From contig CALDPJ010000412.1 of the NCBI GenBank assembly GCA_937911795.1, positions 1 to 32,514 of the forward strand: a DNA stretch of 32,514 bases, read 5' to 3'. This stretch comes from an uncultured Flavobacteriales bacterium (GTDB taxonomy: Bacteria; Bacteroidota; Bacteroidia; Flavobacteriales_D; SKUL01). The stretch's first letter is position 1. Every line of letters starts with the position of its first letter. This document shows, in pieces, positions 1 to 8,762 of this stretch. Below the pieces are notes generated by a model. The model was given only the letters and a program-made list of their open reading frames with translations. It was not told where the DNA came from and did not search any database. A program made the translations under genes and the position numbers.

Positions 1-2789
1 CGCGCGAGGTGACCCAGTCCGGAGTAATCACCCAAAAACAACAGACCAGTTCGTTGATGTTCCTTACCGTTTTATCAGACAACGAGGATTATGATGCAAC
101 TTACATTCAGAATTATCTGAACATTAACGTGCTTCCGGAGTTGAAGCGAATCAGCGGAGTAGGTGACGTGCGGGTTTTTGGTTCCAAGAATTATTCAATG
201 CGCATCTGGCTTCAGCCCGAAAAACTCGCGGCTTATGATCTGATGCCTTCGGATGTAACAGCCGCCATCAACGATCAAAGTCTCGAAGCAGCAGCCGGTG
301 CTCTGGGGCAGAATAATGCGGAGTCGTTTGAGTACGTTATTAAGTACGGAGGTCGCTACAACACCGAGGAGGAATACGAAAACATTGTCATCAAAGCCCT
401 CGGAAACGGACAGTTTTTGCGACTGAAAGATGTGGCCCAAATAGAACTCGGTGCCGAGGGGTATACGGTGATGTCGTACACCAACAACAAACCAGGTGTG
501 AGTATGGCGGTGTATCAGACTCCGGGATCCAACGCGAAAGAAATTATCGAGAACATCCACGCCAAAATGGCCGAGCTGGAACAGAATTTCCCCACCGGAC
601 TTTCGGTGATGGTGAACTTCGATACCAACGAATTTTTAAATGCTTCGATTCAAAAAGTGGTGGTCACGCTTATCGAAGCATTTATCCTCGTGTTTCTTGT
701 AGTGTTTATTTTCCTTCAGGATTTCCGCTCTACGTTAATTCCGGCCATTGCTGTTCCGGTATCGATTGTGGGAACTTTTTTCTTCCTGAACATGTTCGGC
801 TATTCGATCAACCTGCTCACTTTGTTTGCGCTCGTGCTCGCCATCGGAATTGTGGTCGATGATGCGATTGTGGTGGTGGAAGCCGTTCACGCCAAACTCG
901 AGGGCGGTGTCGAAAGTGCCACCAAAGCCACGCATTCGGCCATGGAGGAAATCACCGGAGCAATTATTTCGATCACACTGGTGATGGGTGCGGTGTTTAT
1001 TCCGGTGACATTTATTACCGGTCCGACAGGGGTTTTCTACGAACAATTTGGGGTGACCCTTATCGTGGCGATTTTTATTTCAGCAGTCAACGCGCTTACG
1101 CTCAGTCCGGCGCTGTGTGCCCTTTTGCTAAAACCGCACAAGGATCACGCAAATAAGGGGTTGGTGCAGCGATTTTTCAGTTCGTTCAACACCGCATTCG
1201 ATGTCACAACCAGGCGATATGTCGGCTCTCTCAAATTTTTGCAACGCTACAAGTGGGTGACACCGCTTATTTTACTCGCGTGTATCGGTGGAATCTGGTG
1301 GGCTTCAAGTGTGACACCAACCGGTTTTGTTCCGAATGAAGACCGCGGAATGGTGTTTGCCAATATCGAGTTACCCGCCGGAGCCTCTTTGGACCGAACA
1401 GTTGGTGTAACGCAGGAGTTGTTCGAAAAGGTGAACCAGATTCCTGGCTTTGACGGAGGTTCGATGGTGAATGGTTTCAGTATGATTTCAGGTGCCGGAA
1501 GCAACTACGGAATAGGATTCTTAAAACTCGACCCCTGGGATGAACGCGACGCCGACAGCCTATCTGCCGATGCAATTATTGCGAAGATGTATCAGGTAGC
1601 CGCAACCATTCCCGATGCCAATATCCTGTTTTTTGCTCCGCCGAGTATTCCCGGATTTGGTGTATCCTCTGGTTTTGAAGTTCAGGTGCTCGACCGTTTC
1701 GGCGGAAGTTTTACCGAACTGGATGAAACTGCTCAGGAGTACTTGCGGCAATTGATGGCCCGGCCGGAAATTCAATACGCGCAGAGTTCCTTCAATACCA
1801 ATTATCCGCAGTACGAAATCGATCTTAATGTGCCCAAAGCCAAAGAGGCCGGAGTTTCTGTGAGCAGTATTTTCAGCACATTGCAGGGATATATCGGCGG
1901 AATTTATGCCGCTGACTTTGCCCGGTTCGGAAAACAATACCGCGTATTTGTTCAGGCGTTGCCAGAAGACAGAGCGCGCGAATCTGACCTGAACTCGCTG
2001 TTTGTGCGGAATGCACAGGGAGAAATGGCGCCAATTACAGAGTTCGTTACGCTGAAAAGAGTGTACGGACCGCAGGCAGTTACCCGGTTCAACCTGTTTA
2101 ATTCGGCTTCGGTCAATGGAGCAGCAGCGCCTGGTTATTCTTCTGGTGATGCGATTAAAGCAGTGCAGGAGGTAAGTGCAACCGCATTGCCAGCCAATTA
2201 TTCTGTGGATTTTTCCGGATTGACGAGAGAAGAGATCAACGCCGGGAATCAAACGGTGTTCATCATCATCCTCAGTATTCTTTTTGTGTATTTCATCCTG
2301 GCTGCTCAGTACGAGAGTTACCTTATTCCGCTGGCGGTATTGTTCTCGCTTCCGGTCGGGATCATGGGAGCTTTTGTAACCACTTATTTCACCGGACTGG
2401 AGGCCAATATCTACTTCCAGATTGCTCTGGTGATGCTGCTTGGGTTGCTCGCCAAAAACGCGATTCTGATCGTGGAGTTTGCCATACAGCGACGGCGGGC
2501 TGGGTATGCACTTGTCGATGCCGCTTTTGAAGGCGCCCGTGTTCGTCTGCGCCCGATTCTGATGACCTCATTCGCCTTTATCATCGGTCTGCTTCCGCTG
2601 GTTTTTGCCGGAGGAATCGGGGCCGAGGGGAACCGATCTATCGGAACCGGAGCCGTTGGTGGTCTGCTGGTAGGAACCGTGATTGGAGTTTTCGTGATTC
2701 CGATTCTGTACATCTTTTTCCAGTGGATTCAGGAGAAAATCAGCAAGAAACCCGCAACTGAAGTCAGTCCAATCGTTAATGATAATTAA
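1..2789 (+). CDS. RND (HAE1/AcrB-type) efflux transporter permease subunit, 5'-truncated by the window edge
   Basis: The ORF is open to the 5' edge, and the frame continues from nt 3 with no start. The translation shows the RND pattern of TM clusters separated by two large periplasmic loops. It carries the TM4 motif AIGIVVDDAIVVVE and the second-half motif LLAKNAILIVEFA, both typical of AcrB/MexB-type pumps. Confidence 0.93.
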   Translation, partial: REVTQSGVITQKQQTSSLMFLTVLSDNEDYDATYIQNYLNINVLPELKRISGVGDVRVFGSKNYSMRIWLQPEKLAAYDLMPSDVTAAINDQSLEAAAGALGQNNAESFEYVIKYGGRYNTEEEYENIVIKALGNGQFLRLKDVAQIELGAEGYTVMSYTNNKPGVSMAVYQTPGSNAKEIIENIHAKMAELEQNFPTGLSVMVNFDTNEFLNASIQKVVVTLIEAFILVFLVVFIFLQDFRSTLIPAIAVPVSIVGTFFFLNMFGYSINLLTLFALVLAIGIVVDDAIVVVEAVHAKLEGGVESATKATHSAMEEITGAIISITLVMGAVFIPVTFITGPTGVFYEQFGVTLIVAIFISAVNALTLSPALCALLLKPHKDHANKGLVQRFFSSFNTAFDVTTRRYVGSLKFLQRYKWVTPLILLACIGGIWWASSVTPTGFVPNEDRGMVFANIELPAGASLDRTVGVTQELFEKVNQIPGFDGGSMVNGFSMISGAGSNYGIGFLKLDPWDERDADSLSADAIIAKMYQVAATIPDANILFFAPPSIPGFGVSSGFEVQVLDRFGGSFTELDETAQEYLRQLMARPEIQYAQSSFNTNYPQYEIDLNVPKAKEAGVSVSSIFSTLQGYIGGIYAADFARFGKQYRVFVQALPEDRARESDLNSLFVRNAQGEMAPITEFVTLKRVYGPQAVTRFNLFNSASVNGAAAPGYSSGDAIKAVQEVSATALPANYSVDFSGLTREEINAGNQTVFIIILSILFVYFILAAQYESYLIPLAVLFSLPVGIMGAFVTTYFTGLEANIYFQIALVMLLGLLAKNAILIVEFAIQRRRAGYALVDAAFEGARVRLRPILMTSFAFIIGLLPLVFAGGIGAEGNRSIGTGAVGGLLVGTVIGVFVIPILYIFFQWIQEKISKKPATEVSPIVNDN

Positions 2790-2790
2790 G

Positions 2791-4194
2791 ATGCAAGGAA
2801 ATAAGTTTTTAAAATTATTGGTGATTCCTGTGCTGGCCGTCACGGTGCAAAGCTGTTTTGTGGCCAAAGATTACCAGCGGCCGGAAGTGGAGAACGAAGC
2901 ATTTTTCCGCACCGACGCACTTCCCGAAGACAGCGTTTCTCTGGCAGATGTCTCCTGGCGCGAAATCTTTACGGATTCACTGCTCATCCGTCACATCGAC
3001 GACGGGCTGGCCAACAATACCGATATCCGGGTTGCGTTGCAAAGACTGGTGGCATCTCAAGCGTATTTCAAGCAAGGAAAAGCTGGTTACTTGCCTACTA
3101 TCAATGCCGGGCCGCAGGTCACCCATCAGCAACTGTCCAATAACAGTCAGTTTGGGCAACTGTTTAACGGAAGCATAACGCAATATGAAGTAACCGGTAC
3201 ATTGGGCTGGGAAGCCGATATCTGGGGCAGAATTCGCAGTGTCAAACGTGCTTCGGAGGCATCTTACCTTCAATCTGTAGCGGCACATCAGGCCGTAAAA
3301 ACGCAGTTGATTGCCAATATTTCTTCGTTGTATTTTCAGTTGTTATCGTTTGATGAACAACTGCGGATTCTGGAAGAAACGGTTGAAAACCGCGAAAGTA
3401 GTCTCGAAACCACACGCGCCTTAAAAGGTGCCGGAGTGGTAACTGAAGTAGCGGTTGTTCAAACCGATGCGCAATTGTATTCAGCAAAAGCCCAATTGGT
3501 GAGCATGCAGCAAAACATCAAACTGCTGGAGAATACGCTCTCGGTATTGTTGGGCAGAAATGCCGGCGAAATTGAACGCACTTCGCTACAGAATCAGGCG
3601 GTGGTGATCGATGAGACGAAAACCGGATATCCGGTGCAATTGCTGCGAAACCGACCGGATGTGGTTGCCGCTGAACAAAACCTGATCAGCGCATTTGAAT
3701 TTACCAATGTGGCCAAAGCCGATTTTTATCCAAGACTCAATATCTCGGTCACCGGAGGTTTGCAAAGTCTGGAACTGGATCAACTTTTCAGTGTGAATTC
3801 GTTGTTTGCTACCATTGTTGGAGGAATCACGCAGCCTATTCTCAACGGACGGCGCATCCGCACGGAATATGAAGTTTCATTAACGCAGCAGGAAATTGCT
3901 TTCCTCGATTTTCGCCAGTCGTTGCTGGATGCGGGCAAAGAGGTCTCTGATGCACTGTACACCATGCAGGCCGCAGAAGAACGCATTGAGTTGAAGGAGC
4001 AGGAATTTAATGCTTACGAAACTGCAGTTGGTTATTCAGAGGAATTACTGAACAGTGGTCTGGCTAATTATCTTGAAGTTCTAACCGCCCGGCAAAATGC
4101 GCTCAACGCGCGTCTTCAGGTGGTGGATGCCCGCTATACACGGCTCAATTCGGCAGTTGAACTCTACCGCGCTTTGGGCGGAGGTTGGAAATAA
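2791..4194 (+). CDS. Efflux outer-membrane factor lipoprotein, NodT/TolC family
   Basis: The signal peptide MQGNKFLKLLVIPVLAVTVQSC ends at a lipobox Cys. The body is a duplicated TolC-like repeat, and the C-terminal ...LYRALGGGWK is typical of NodT-family OMFs. The ATG at 2791 lies 1 nt after the RND stop; an in-frame alternative ATG at 2779 overlaps it. Confidence 0.9.
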   Translation: MQGNKFLKLLVIPVLAVTVQSCFVAKDYQRPEVENEAFFRTDALPEDSVSLADVSWREIFTDSLLIRHIDDGLANNTDIRVALQRLVASQAYFKQGKAGYLPTINAGPQVTHQQLSNNSQFGQLFNGSITQYEVTGTLGWEADIWGRIRSVKRASEASYLQSVAAHQAVKTQLIANISSLYFQLLSFDEQLRILEETVENRESSLETTRALKGAGVVTEVAVVQTDAQLYSAKAQLVSMQQNIKLLENTLSVLLGRNAGEIERTSLQNQAVVIDETKTGYPVQLLRNRPDVVAAEQNLISAFEFTNVAKADFYPRLNISVTGGLQSLELDQLFSVNSLFATIVGGITQPILNGRRIRTEYEVSLTQQEIAFLDFRQSLLDAGKEVSDALYTMQAAEERIELKEQEFNAYETAVGYSEELLNSGLANYLEVLTARQNALNARLQVVDARYTRLNSAVELYRALGGGWK

Positions 4195-4210
4195 TTTAAA
4201 AAGAAAGATT

Positions 4211-5236
4211 ATGAATTTATCCATTGTTGATTTATCGACTGTAATTCCCGGAGAAGACCGGCACGACGCGCTGATGCACAGCATTGAAGTTGCTCAGCAC
4301 ATCGAAAAACTCGGATTCAAAAGAATCTGGGTGGCCGAACATCACGCAACTGCTGCACTTGCTGGTCGTGCGCCCGAAGTGCTGATAGCGGCCATTGCCT
4401 CGAAGACTTCGACCATTCGGGTAGGATCAGGATCGGTGTTGCTGAACCACTACAGCGCCTTAAAAGTTGCCGAGGTTTTTGCCACACTCAACGAATTATT
4501 TCCCGGAAGAATTGATCTCGGTGCCGGACGGGCAACTACTGGTCCGGTTACGGATTACGCCCTGCAGCAGGATCGCAGCCAGCAATTTCGTGCGGATTCC
4601 GATCAGCAAATTGCAGAGCTGATTGCCTGGCTGGAAAACGATTTCCCCGATAATCACCCGTTTGCACAGGTTCCTTTGAGAACCATCGACCGGATTCCGC
4701 AACTTTATCTACTCGGCTCCAGTTCCTGGAGTGCTTCTGCGGCTGCACAGCTTGGTTTGCCGTATGTTTTCGCCGGATTTATCAACCAGCGCGGAACGCC
4801 GGACATCATCAGGCATTATCAGAAAAATTTTAAACCTGCCGAAGGCGCTACTGGTGTTCAACAACCCACTACTTATCTGTCTGTTCATGCCATTTGTGCT
4901 GATAGCGAAGAGGAGGCGAGAAAACAGATTGCCCCGGTGATGATCATGTACCAAAACCTGCAAAAGGGGCGTATGGATGAACAAATTCCTACTCCGGACG
5001 AGGCCGTTCAAAAGCTGGGTGGTTTACCGGAATTGCAGCCATATGTTTCCGGAACGGGCATTCCACCTAAGTTTATTTCTGGAACGGCCGAACAGGTTCA
5101 AAAACAACTTTCCCAGCTAGCGGCTGATCTGGATGTGGAGGAATTCATCATTCAGGATTTAATGACAGATCACGCGGCCCGGTTGAGATCTTATGAATTA
5201 TTTGCCGAAGTTTTTCAGCTTAAGAGTAAGGTCTGA
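4211..5236 (+). CDS. LLM-class flavin-dependent oxidoreductase (luciferase family group 1, YhbW-like)
   Basis: The motifs MNLSIVDLS..., ...FKRIWVAEHH... and ...FPGRIDLGAGRA... match the luciferase-like monooxygenase family. The track start at 4097 would overlap the OMF gene by about 100 nt. ATG 4211 sits 16 nt after the OMF stop and has an A-rich leader. Confidence 0.85.
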   Translation: MNLSIVDLSTVIPGEDRHDALMHSIEVAQHIEKLGFKRIWVAEHHATAALAGRAPEVLIAAIASKTSTIRVGSGSVLLNHYSALKVAEVFATLNELFPGRIDLGAGRATTGPVTDYALQQDRSQQFRADSDQQIAELIAWLENDFPDNHPFAQVPLRTIDRIPQLYLLGSSSWSASAAAQLGLPYVFAGFINQRGTPDIIRHYQKNFKPAEGATGVQQPTTYLSVHAICADSEEEARKQIAPVMIMYQNLQKGRMDEQIPTPDEAVQKLGGLPELQPYVSGTGIPPKFISGTAEQVQKQLSQLAADLDVEEFIIQDLMTDHAARLRSYELFAEVFQLKSKV

Positions 5237-5259
5237 GTGGAATTTTTCAGGGCATAAAA

Positions 5260-5282
5260 AAAGCCCGTCGATGACAGGCTTT
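5260..5282. terminator. Bidirectional intrinsic terminator between the convergent LLM and csp genes
   Basis: AAAGCCCGTC-GAT-GACAGGCTTT forms a 10-bp stem with one mismatch. It is flanked by an A-run upstream and a T-run downstream, so it is usable from both strands. Confidence 0.7.
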
Positions 5283-5308
5283 ATTCAAATAAGTTCAAAA
5301 AAGTATAT

Positions 5309-5500
5309 TTAAACGACGCTTACATTGATGGCGTTTAGTCCTTTCTGAGTTTCCTCAACGTCGAAACTTACTTTGTCTCCTTCGGATATTTCATCAGTCA
5401 GTCCATTTACATGAACAAAAACATCTTTTCCTCCGTCATCCGGAGTGATAAAACCAAATCCTTTGGCATTATTGAAAAATTTTACGGTACCGTTACTCAT
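5309..5500 (-). CDS. Cold-shock protein (CspA family, single CSD)
   Basis: [20 protein letters not shown]...DVFVHVNGL carries RNP-1 (KGFGFI) and RNP-2 (VFVH). The start is taken as ATG 5500, because the longer GTG 5524 start would lie inside the predicted -7 box. Confidence 0.93.
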   Translation of the reverse strand: MSNGTVKFFNNAKGFGFITPDDGGKDVFVHVNGLTDEISEGDKVSFDVEETQKGLNAINVSVV

Positions 5501-5523
5501 ATCAGTTATATTATTATGAAGCA

Positions 5524-5531
5524 CAAATATA
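5524..5531 (-). promoter_or_regulatory. Candidate Bacteroidetes -7 promoter box (TATATTTG) for csp
   Basis: A perfect TAnnTTTG on the minus strand, 23 nt upstream of ATG 5500. Confidence 0.45.
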
Positions 5532-5626
5532 GTCTTTTATAATAGCGGCGTTCATAATAATTGAAAATAAATATTTTTAGAAGGTGTTAAACCGGGTAGT
5601 GCAACCTTCTTTACGATGTCAGTTTA

Positions 5627-6508
5627 TTACTGTTTTTCCTCTCTTCCGGGTGACGGGAATTCCTTTTTACTGGAGATGAAATTAAAAACTTCGCGCATTG
5701 TTTTCTTACGGATTTTGCGCTGCATTTCCATATCTACCTGTTTTAATTTGTACTGGAATTTCAGATCAAGATAGTCCATTTTCATTTCCACCACTTTGAG
5801 GCTGTATGATTTGGGTTCAATGTACTCACTGAAACCTCGAAGAGAAGAAATAATTTCCTTCTCCAGATCGGCAATGCTCTGAATATACTTCAGCGCAATT
5901 TGAAAATCGACCGACATCAATCGCACATCGCGTTTGGTATAGTTGATGATTTCGCTGTAATGAACCTTGGAGTTCGGAATAATCACAATGTCGTCGTCAT
6001 CATTCAAAATCCGGACTTTGAGTAGGCTGATTTCCAGAATTTTTCCTTTATGATGCTCAAGCTTAACGTAGTCGCCGATTTCAAAAATATTGGAGAAGCT
6101 GAGATAGATGCCGCTCAGAAAATCCACAATATATTCTTTGGTGAGGATGGCAATGGCCGCGGCAACAATGGTGAGTGAGGTGATAAAGTCTTTCGGGTTT
6201 ACGCCGAAAAGACTCAGCATGGTAAGAATCAATCCAATCCCAATGGTGAAATTGGAGATGTTTTCTATTCCGAAGTGGACATTGTTTTTCTTTCCTTTGG
6301 GGATTTTGTTTCTTTTGGAATAAAAATATTTAACGGTATTGGAAATCAGTACCACGAAAATGAAAAACATGATGAATGAAGCGACCGGCCTGAGCGGAAA
6401 ATATTTAAAAATGATTTCTGAAGTCTCCGGATTGAAATACTTCAGGTAAATAATGCCCGCCAGAAAAACCGCTCCGGCAATGAAAGTCGTATATTTCTTT
6501 GTGCTCAT
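5627..6508 (-). CDS. Mechanosensitive ion channel family protein (MscS-like)
   Basis: N-terminal TM helices are followed by the MscS beta-domain pattern ...IGDYVKLEHHKGKILEISLLKVRILNDDDDIVIIPNSKVHYSEIINYT... Confidence 0.85.
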   Translation of the reverse strand: MSTKKYTTFIAGAVFLAGIIYLKYFNPETSEIIFKYFPLRPVASFIMFFIFVVLISNTVKYFYSKRNKIPKGKKNNVHFGIENISNFTIGIGLILTMLSLFGVNPKDFITSLTIVAAAIAILTKEYIVDFLSGIYLSFSNIFEIGDYVKLEHHKGKILEISLLKVRILNDDDDIVIIPNSKVHYSEIINYTKRDVRLMSVDFQIALKYIQSIADLEKEIISSLRGFSEYIEPKSYSLKVVEMKMDYLDLKFQYKLKQVDMEMQRKIRKKTMREVFNFISSKKEFPSPGREEKQ

Positions 6509-6553
6509 GTTCAGCCTGTTTTACTACTGTTTTAGCTCCGTTAGATGGAGGCT

Positions 6554-6561
6554 CAAAAGTA
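6554..6561 (-). promoter_or_regulatory. Candidate -7 box (TACTTTTG) for mscS
   Basis: A perfect TAnnTTTG on the minus strand, about 45 nt upstream of ATG 6508. Confidence 0.4.
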
Positions 6562-6625
6562 GAATTCATTCTCTAAACCGGCAATCGGTATTGCTTGTTT
6601 ATCAAATTTTTGTAGAAAGGTCTTT

Positions 6626-6633
6626 TATTTTTG
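6626..6633 (+). promoter_or_regulatory. Candidate -7 box (TATTTTTG) for the MATE gene
   Basis: A perfect TAnnTTTG about 75 nt upstream of GTG 6709. The leader it defines contains two hairpins (see findings). Confidence 0.4.
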
Positions 6634-6708
6634 TTTATCCCGCGGAAGCGGAATTGAACACCCATTCTTTTCAATTTTAAAAACATATTAAATACTTATC
6701 TTAAATCG

Positions 6709-8091
6709 GTGAAACAAAAAAGAAATAAAAGCTACACCGAAGGCAAAATCCTGCATTCTCTGGTGGATCTGGCAGTGCCGATTATTCTGGCCAATGTACT
6801 TCAGACCGCTTACCAACTGATCGATACTTTCTGGCTCGGAAGGTTGGGTGCAAATGCAGTAGCCGCTGTAAGTATCAGTTTTCCGATTTTGTTTCTGGTG
6901 CTTGCGCTTGGTGCGGGTTTAACGTTGGCCGGAACAGTACTGGTTGCACAATACAAAGGGGCGGGGGATCAGCGACAGGTAAATTATTCCTCGTCACAGA
7001 CTGTGGTGGTTATTTTCTTCATTTCGATTGTCCTCGCAGCAGTCGGTTATTATTCAGCTCCGGCGCTCATGTCACTAATCGGTGCCGGACCGGAAATATG
7101 GGCCGATTCAGTACAGTACTTTCAGGTTTCTTCGTTCGGATTCGTTTTTCTCTTTCTTTTCTTCGTGTTTCTTTCACTGATGCGGGGAATAGGAAACGTC
7201 TGGTTTCCAACGCTGGTCATCTTGTTCACGGTCTTTCTGAATCTCGTCCTTGACCCATTGTTCATTTTTGGCTGGGGACCGGTTCCGGGTTTTGGAGTCG
7301 CGGGAGCTGCTGTAGCCAGTGTGATTACACAGGGACTATCGGCAGTAATTGCGCTGATTGTTCTGTTCCGGGGTTCGATGGGTATTCGGATTAGTCTGGC
7401 CGACATGAAACCGGATCTGGCCTGGACCAGGCGCCTCTTTGGACTTGGGATTCCTGCCAGTCTTGAACAATCTACCCGCGCCGGAGGAATGGCTGTAATG
7501 GTCATGCTGGTAACGAGTTATGGCGAAGAAATTGTGGCTGCCTACGGAATCGGAGCCCGGATTCTGAGTCTGGTGATTGTTCCCGCGCTCGGCCTGGGCA
7601 TTGCCACTACAGCGCTTGTGGGGCAGAATATCGGTGCCGGTAAAATAAAGCGGGCCAGTGAAATCAGTACTCTCAGCAGCAAGGTTGCATTCTTCGGACT
7701 CACGTCTGTAGGTTTATTGCTGTTTATTTTTGCTCCGCAACTAACCGCCTTTTTTGTTCCCGACGATCCACAGGTTATTAAGGACGGCGCATTTTTTATC
7801 CGGGTGATGGCACCGAGTTTTGGATTGCTCGGCATTCAGCAGGTACTCAACGGTACTTTCAACGGGGCCGGATTTACACAGGCTTCGATGATCATTTCTA
7901 TTTTTGCACTATGGGTGATCCGGTTTCCATTGGCTTTCATTCTTTCAAATAAAACCGATCTCGGGTACGAAGGTATCTGGTGGGCATTTCCAATCTCCAA
8001 CGCTATTGGGGCAGCAGTTGCATTTACCTACTATAAACTCGGCTACTGGAAAATAAGAACCATCCGCAGAAGGCACATTAAAGCCGTATAA
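6709..8091 (+). CDS. MATE family efflux transporter
   Basis: A 460-aa polytopic (about 12 TM) protein. The N-terminal motif ILHSLVDLAVPIILANVLQTAYQLIDTFWLGRLG and the duplicated 6-TM halves are typical of NorM/DinF-type MATE. It has a GTG start. Confidence 0.88.
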   Translation: MKQKRNKSYTEGKILHSLVDLAVPIILANVLQTAYQLIDTFWLGRLGANAVAAVSISFPILFLVLALGAGLTLAGTVLVAQYKGAGDQRQVNYSSSQTVVVIFFISIVLAAVGYYSAPALMSLIGAGPEIWADSVQYFQVSSFGFVFLFLFFVFLSLMRGIGNVWFPTLVILFTVFLNLVLDPLFIFGWGPVPGFGVAGAAVASVITQGLSAVIALIVLFRGSMGIRISLADMKPDLAWTRRLFGLGIPASLEQSTRAGGMAVMVMLVTSYGEEIVAAYGIGARILSLVIVPALGLGIATTALVGQNIGAGKIKRASEISTLSSKVAFFGLTSVGLLLFIFAPQLTAFFVPDDPQVIKDGAFFIRVMAPSFGLLGIQQVLNGTFNGAGFTQASMIISIFALWVIRFPLAFILSNKTDLGYEGIWWAFPISNAIGAAVAFTYYKLGYWKIRTIRRRHIKAV

Positions 8092-8096
8092 TCCTG

Positions 8097-8345
8097 TCAG
8101 TCTCCCGATGGTGTATCACCGGCGTTGGCAGAACCCGGAACGGACGGACCATAGCTGCTTCCGGAAACTTTTGGTGTGTGCGGGCCTTCTTTTTCTGCAT
8201 ACCGTTCGCTCAGATGATCAAGAACGACTTCTTCGTGTCCGTGAAATTTCTGAACAATTTCGGGTACCGCAAATTTCTTTGCAGGATCGTGCCGTTCAAA
8301 AAATTTCATCAATTTGTGTGTAAACTCTTCTTTGCTGTATTGCAT
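8097..8345 (-). CDS. Hypothetical small protein (82 aa): helical N-terminus and a Gly/Ser/Pro-rich tail
   Basis: ATG start, 69 nt downstream of the TPR gene on the same strand. I recognise no family. The coding call rests on length, strand context and the absence of any competing gene. Confidence 0.5.
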   Translation of the reverse strand: MQYSKEEFTHKLMKFFERHDPAKKFAVPEIVQKFHGHEEVVLDHLSERYAEKEGPHTPKVSGSSYGPSVPGSANAGDTPSGD

Positions 8346-8414
8346 GGCGTGTGTTTTTCTGTAAGATTAAAATACTGAAAAACCACCGGGTAACCAAACA
8401 CTCAGGAACGCCAT

Positions 8415-8762
8415 TCAGTCTTCATCTTCCAGTAACTGGATGGCTTCACTCAACTCACCGAGCGTTTTACGATCGTGCTGTGCCCGGGCAATTTCCTGGC
8501 CAGCCCGATAAATCTCCAGAGCTTTGTTGATTTCCGCGATACTTTCGTACAGCTGCCCGAGCCGGTAATACGTTGCAAGATAATCCGGATGGCTGATGTG
8601 CAGTTGTTCCAGCCGTCGAACGGCTTCCGTTATTTTTCCTGATTTTTCATACTCCAATGCTGCGGCGTAGATCAGGAACGGATCTTTTGGATCGCTTTCC
8701 AGCATTTCCTCAATGAGCTGCAGTCTTTTCTGGGTCGGGGAATTGGAAGAGTTCGTCGTCAT
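8415..8762 (-). CDS. Small tetratricopeptide-repeat protein (about 115 aa)
   Basis: ...DPKDPFLIYAAALEYEKSGKITEAVRRLEQLHISHPDYLATYYRLGQLYESIAEINKALEIYRAGQEIA... gives two to three TPR units. ATG 8762 overlaps fbpC by 53 nt; the alternative ATG 8705 does not overlap. Confidence 0.75.
   Translation of the reverse strand: MTTNSSNSPTQKRLQLIEEMLESDPKDPFLIYAAALEYEKSGKITEAVRRLEQLHISHPDYLATYYRLGQLYESIAEINKALEIYRAGQEIARAQHDRKTLGELSEAIQLLEDED

Noticed and set aside
1560-2252. A 230-aa ORF antisense to the RND permease. Other long antisense ORFs were also seen, for example 18839..19453 (+) opposite the GT9 gene and 15549..15848 (+) opposite the miaA 5' region.
   Set aside because: Each lies entirely inside a gene with strong family motifs on the other strand. 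Their translations are low-complexity and Arg/Cys/His-rich with no recognisable motifs, and they have no promoter-like context. These are typical shadow ORFs.
4097-4210. The upstream extension of the LLM oxidoreductase ORF (track start at 4097), overlapping the OMF gene by about 100 nt.
   Set aside because: The extension (MRSTRVFRWWMPAIHG...) has no family similarity. The conserved LLM N-terminus begins at MNLSIVDLS (ATG 4211), right after the OMF stop.
5579-5610. The hairpin AGAAGGT...ACCTTCT downstream of mscS, as its intrinsic terminator.
   Set aside because: The 7-bp stem has an 18-nt loop and no clean U-tract on the minus strand; the following sequence is AAAAATATTT. That is too weak to call, so mscS may read into the csp promoter region or use another mechanism.
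6453-6680. A 75-aa plus-strand ORF spanning the mscS start and the mscS/MATE intergenic region.
   Set aside because: It overlaps the mscS N-terminus and both predicted divergent promoters. Its translation is hydrophobic, low-complexity sequence with no motif, so it is better explained as non-coding regulatory DNA.
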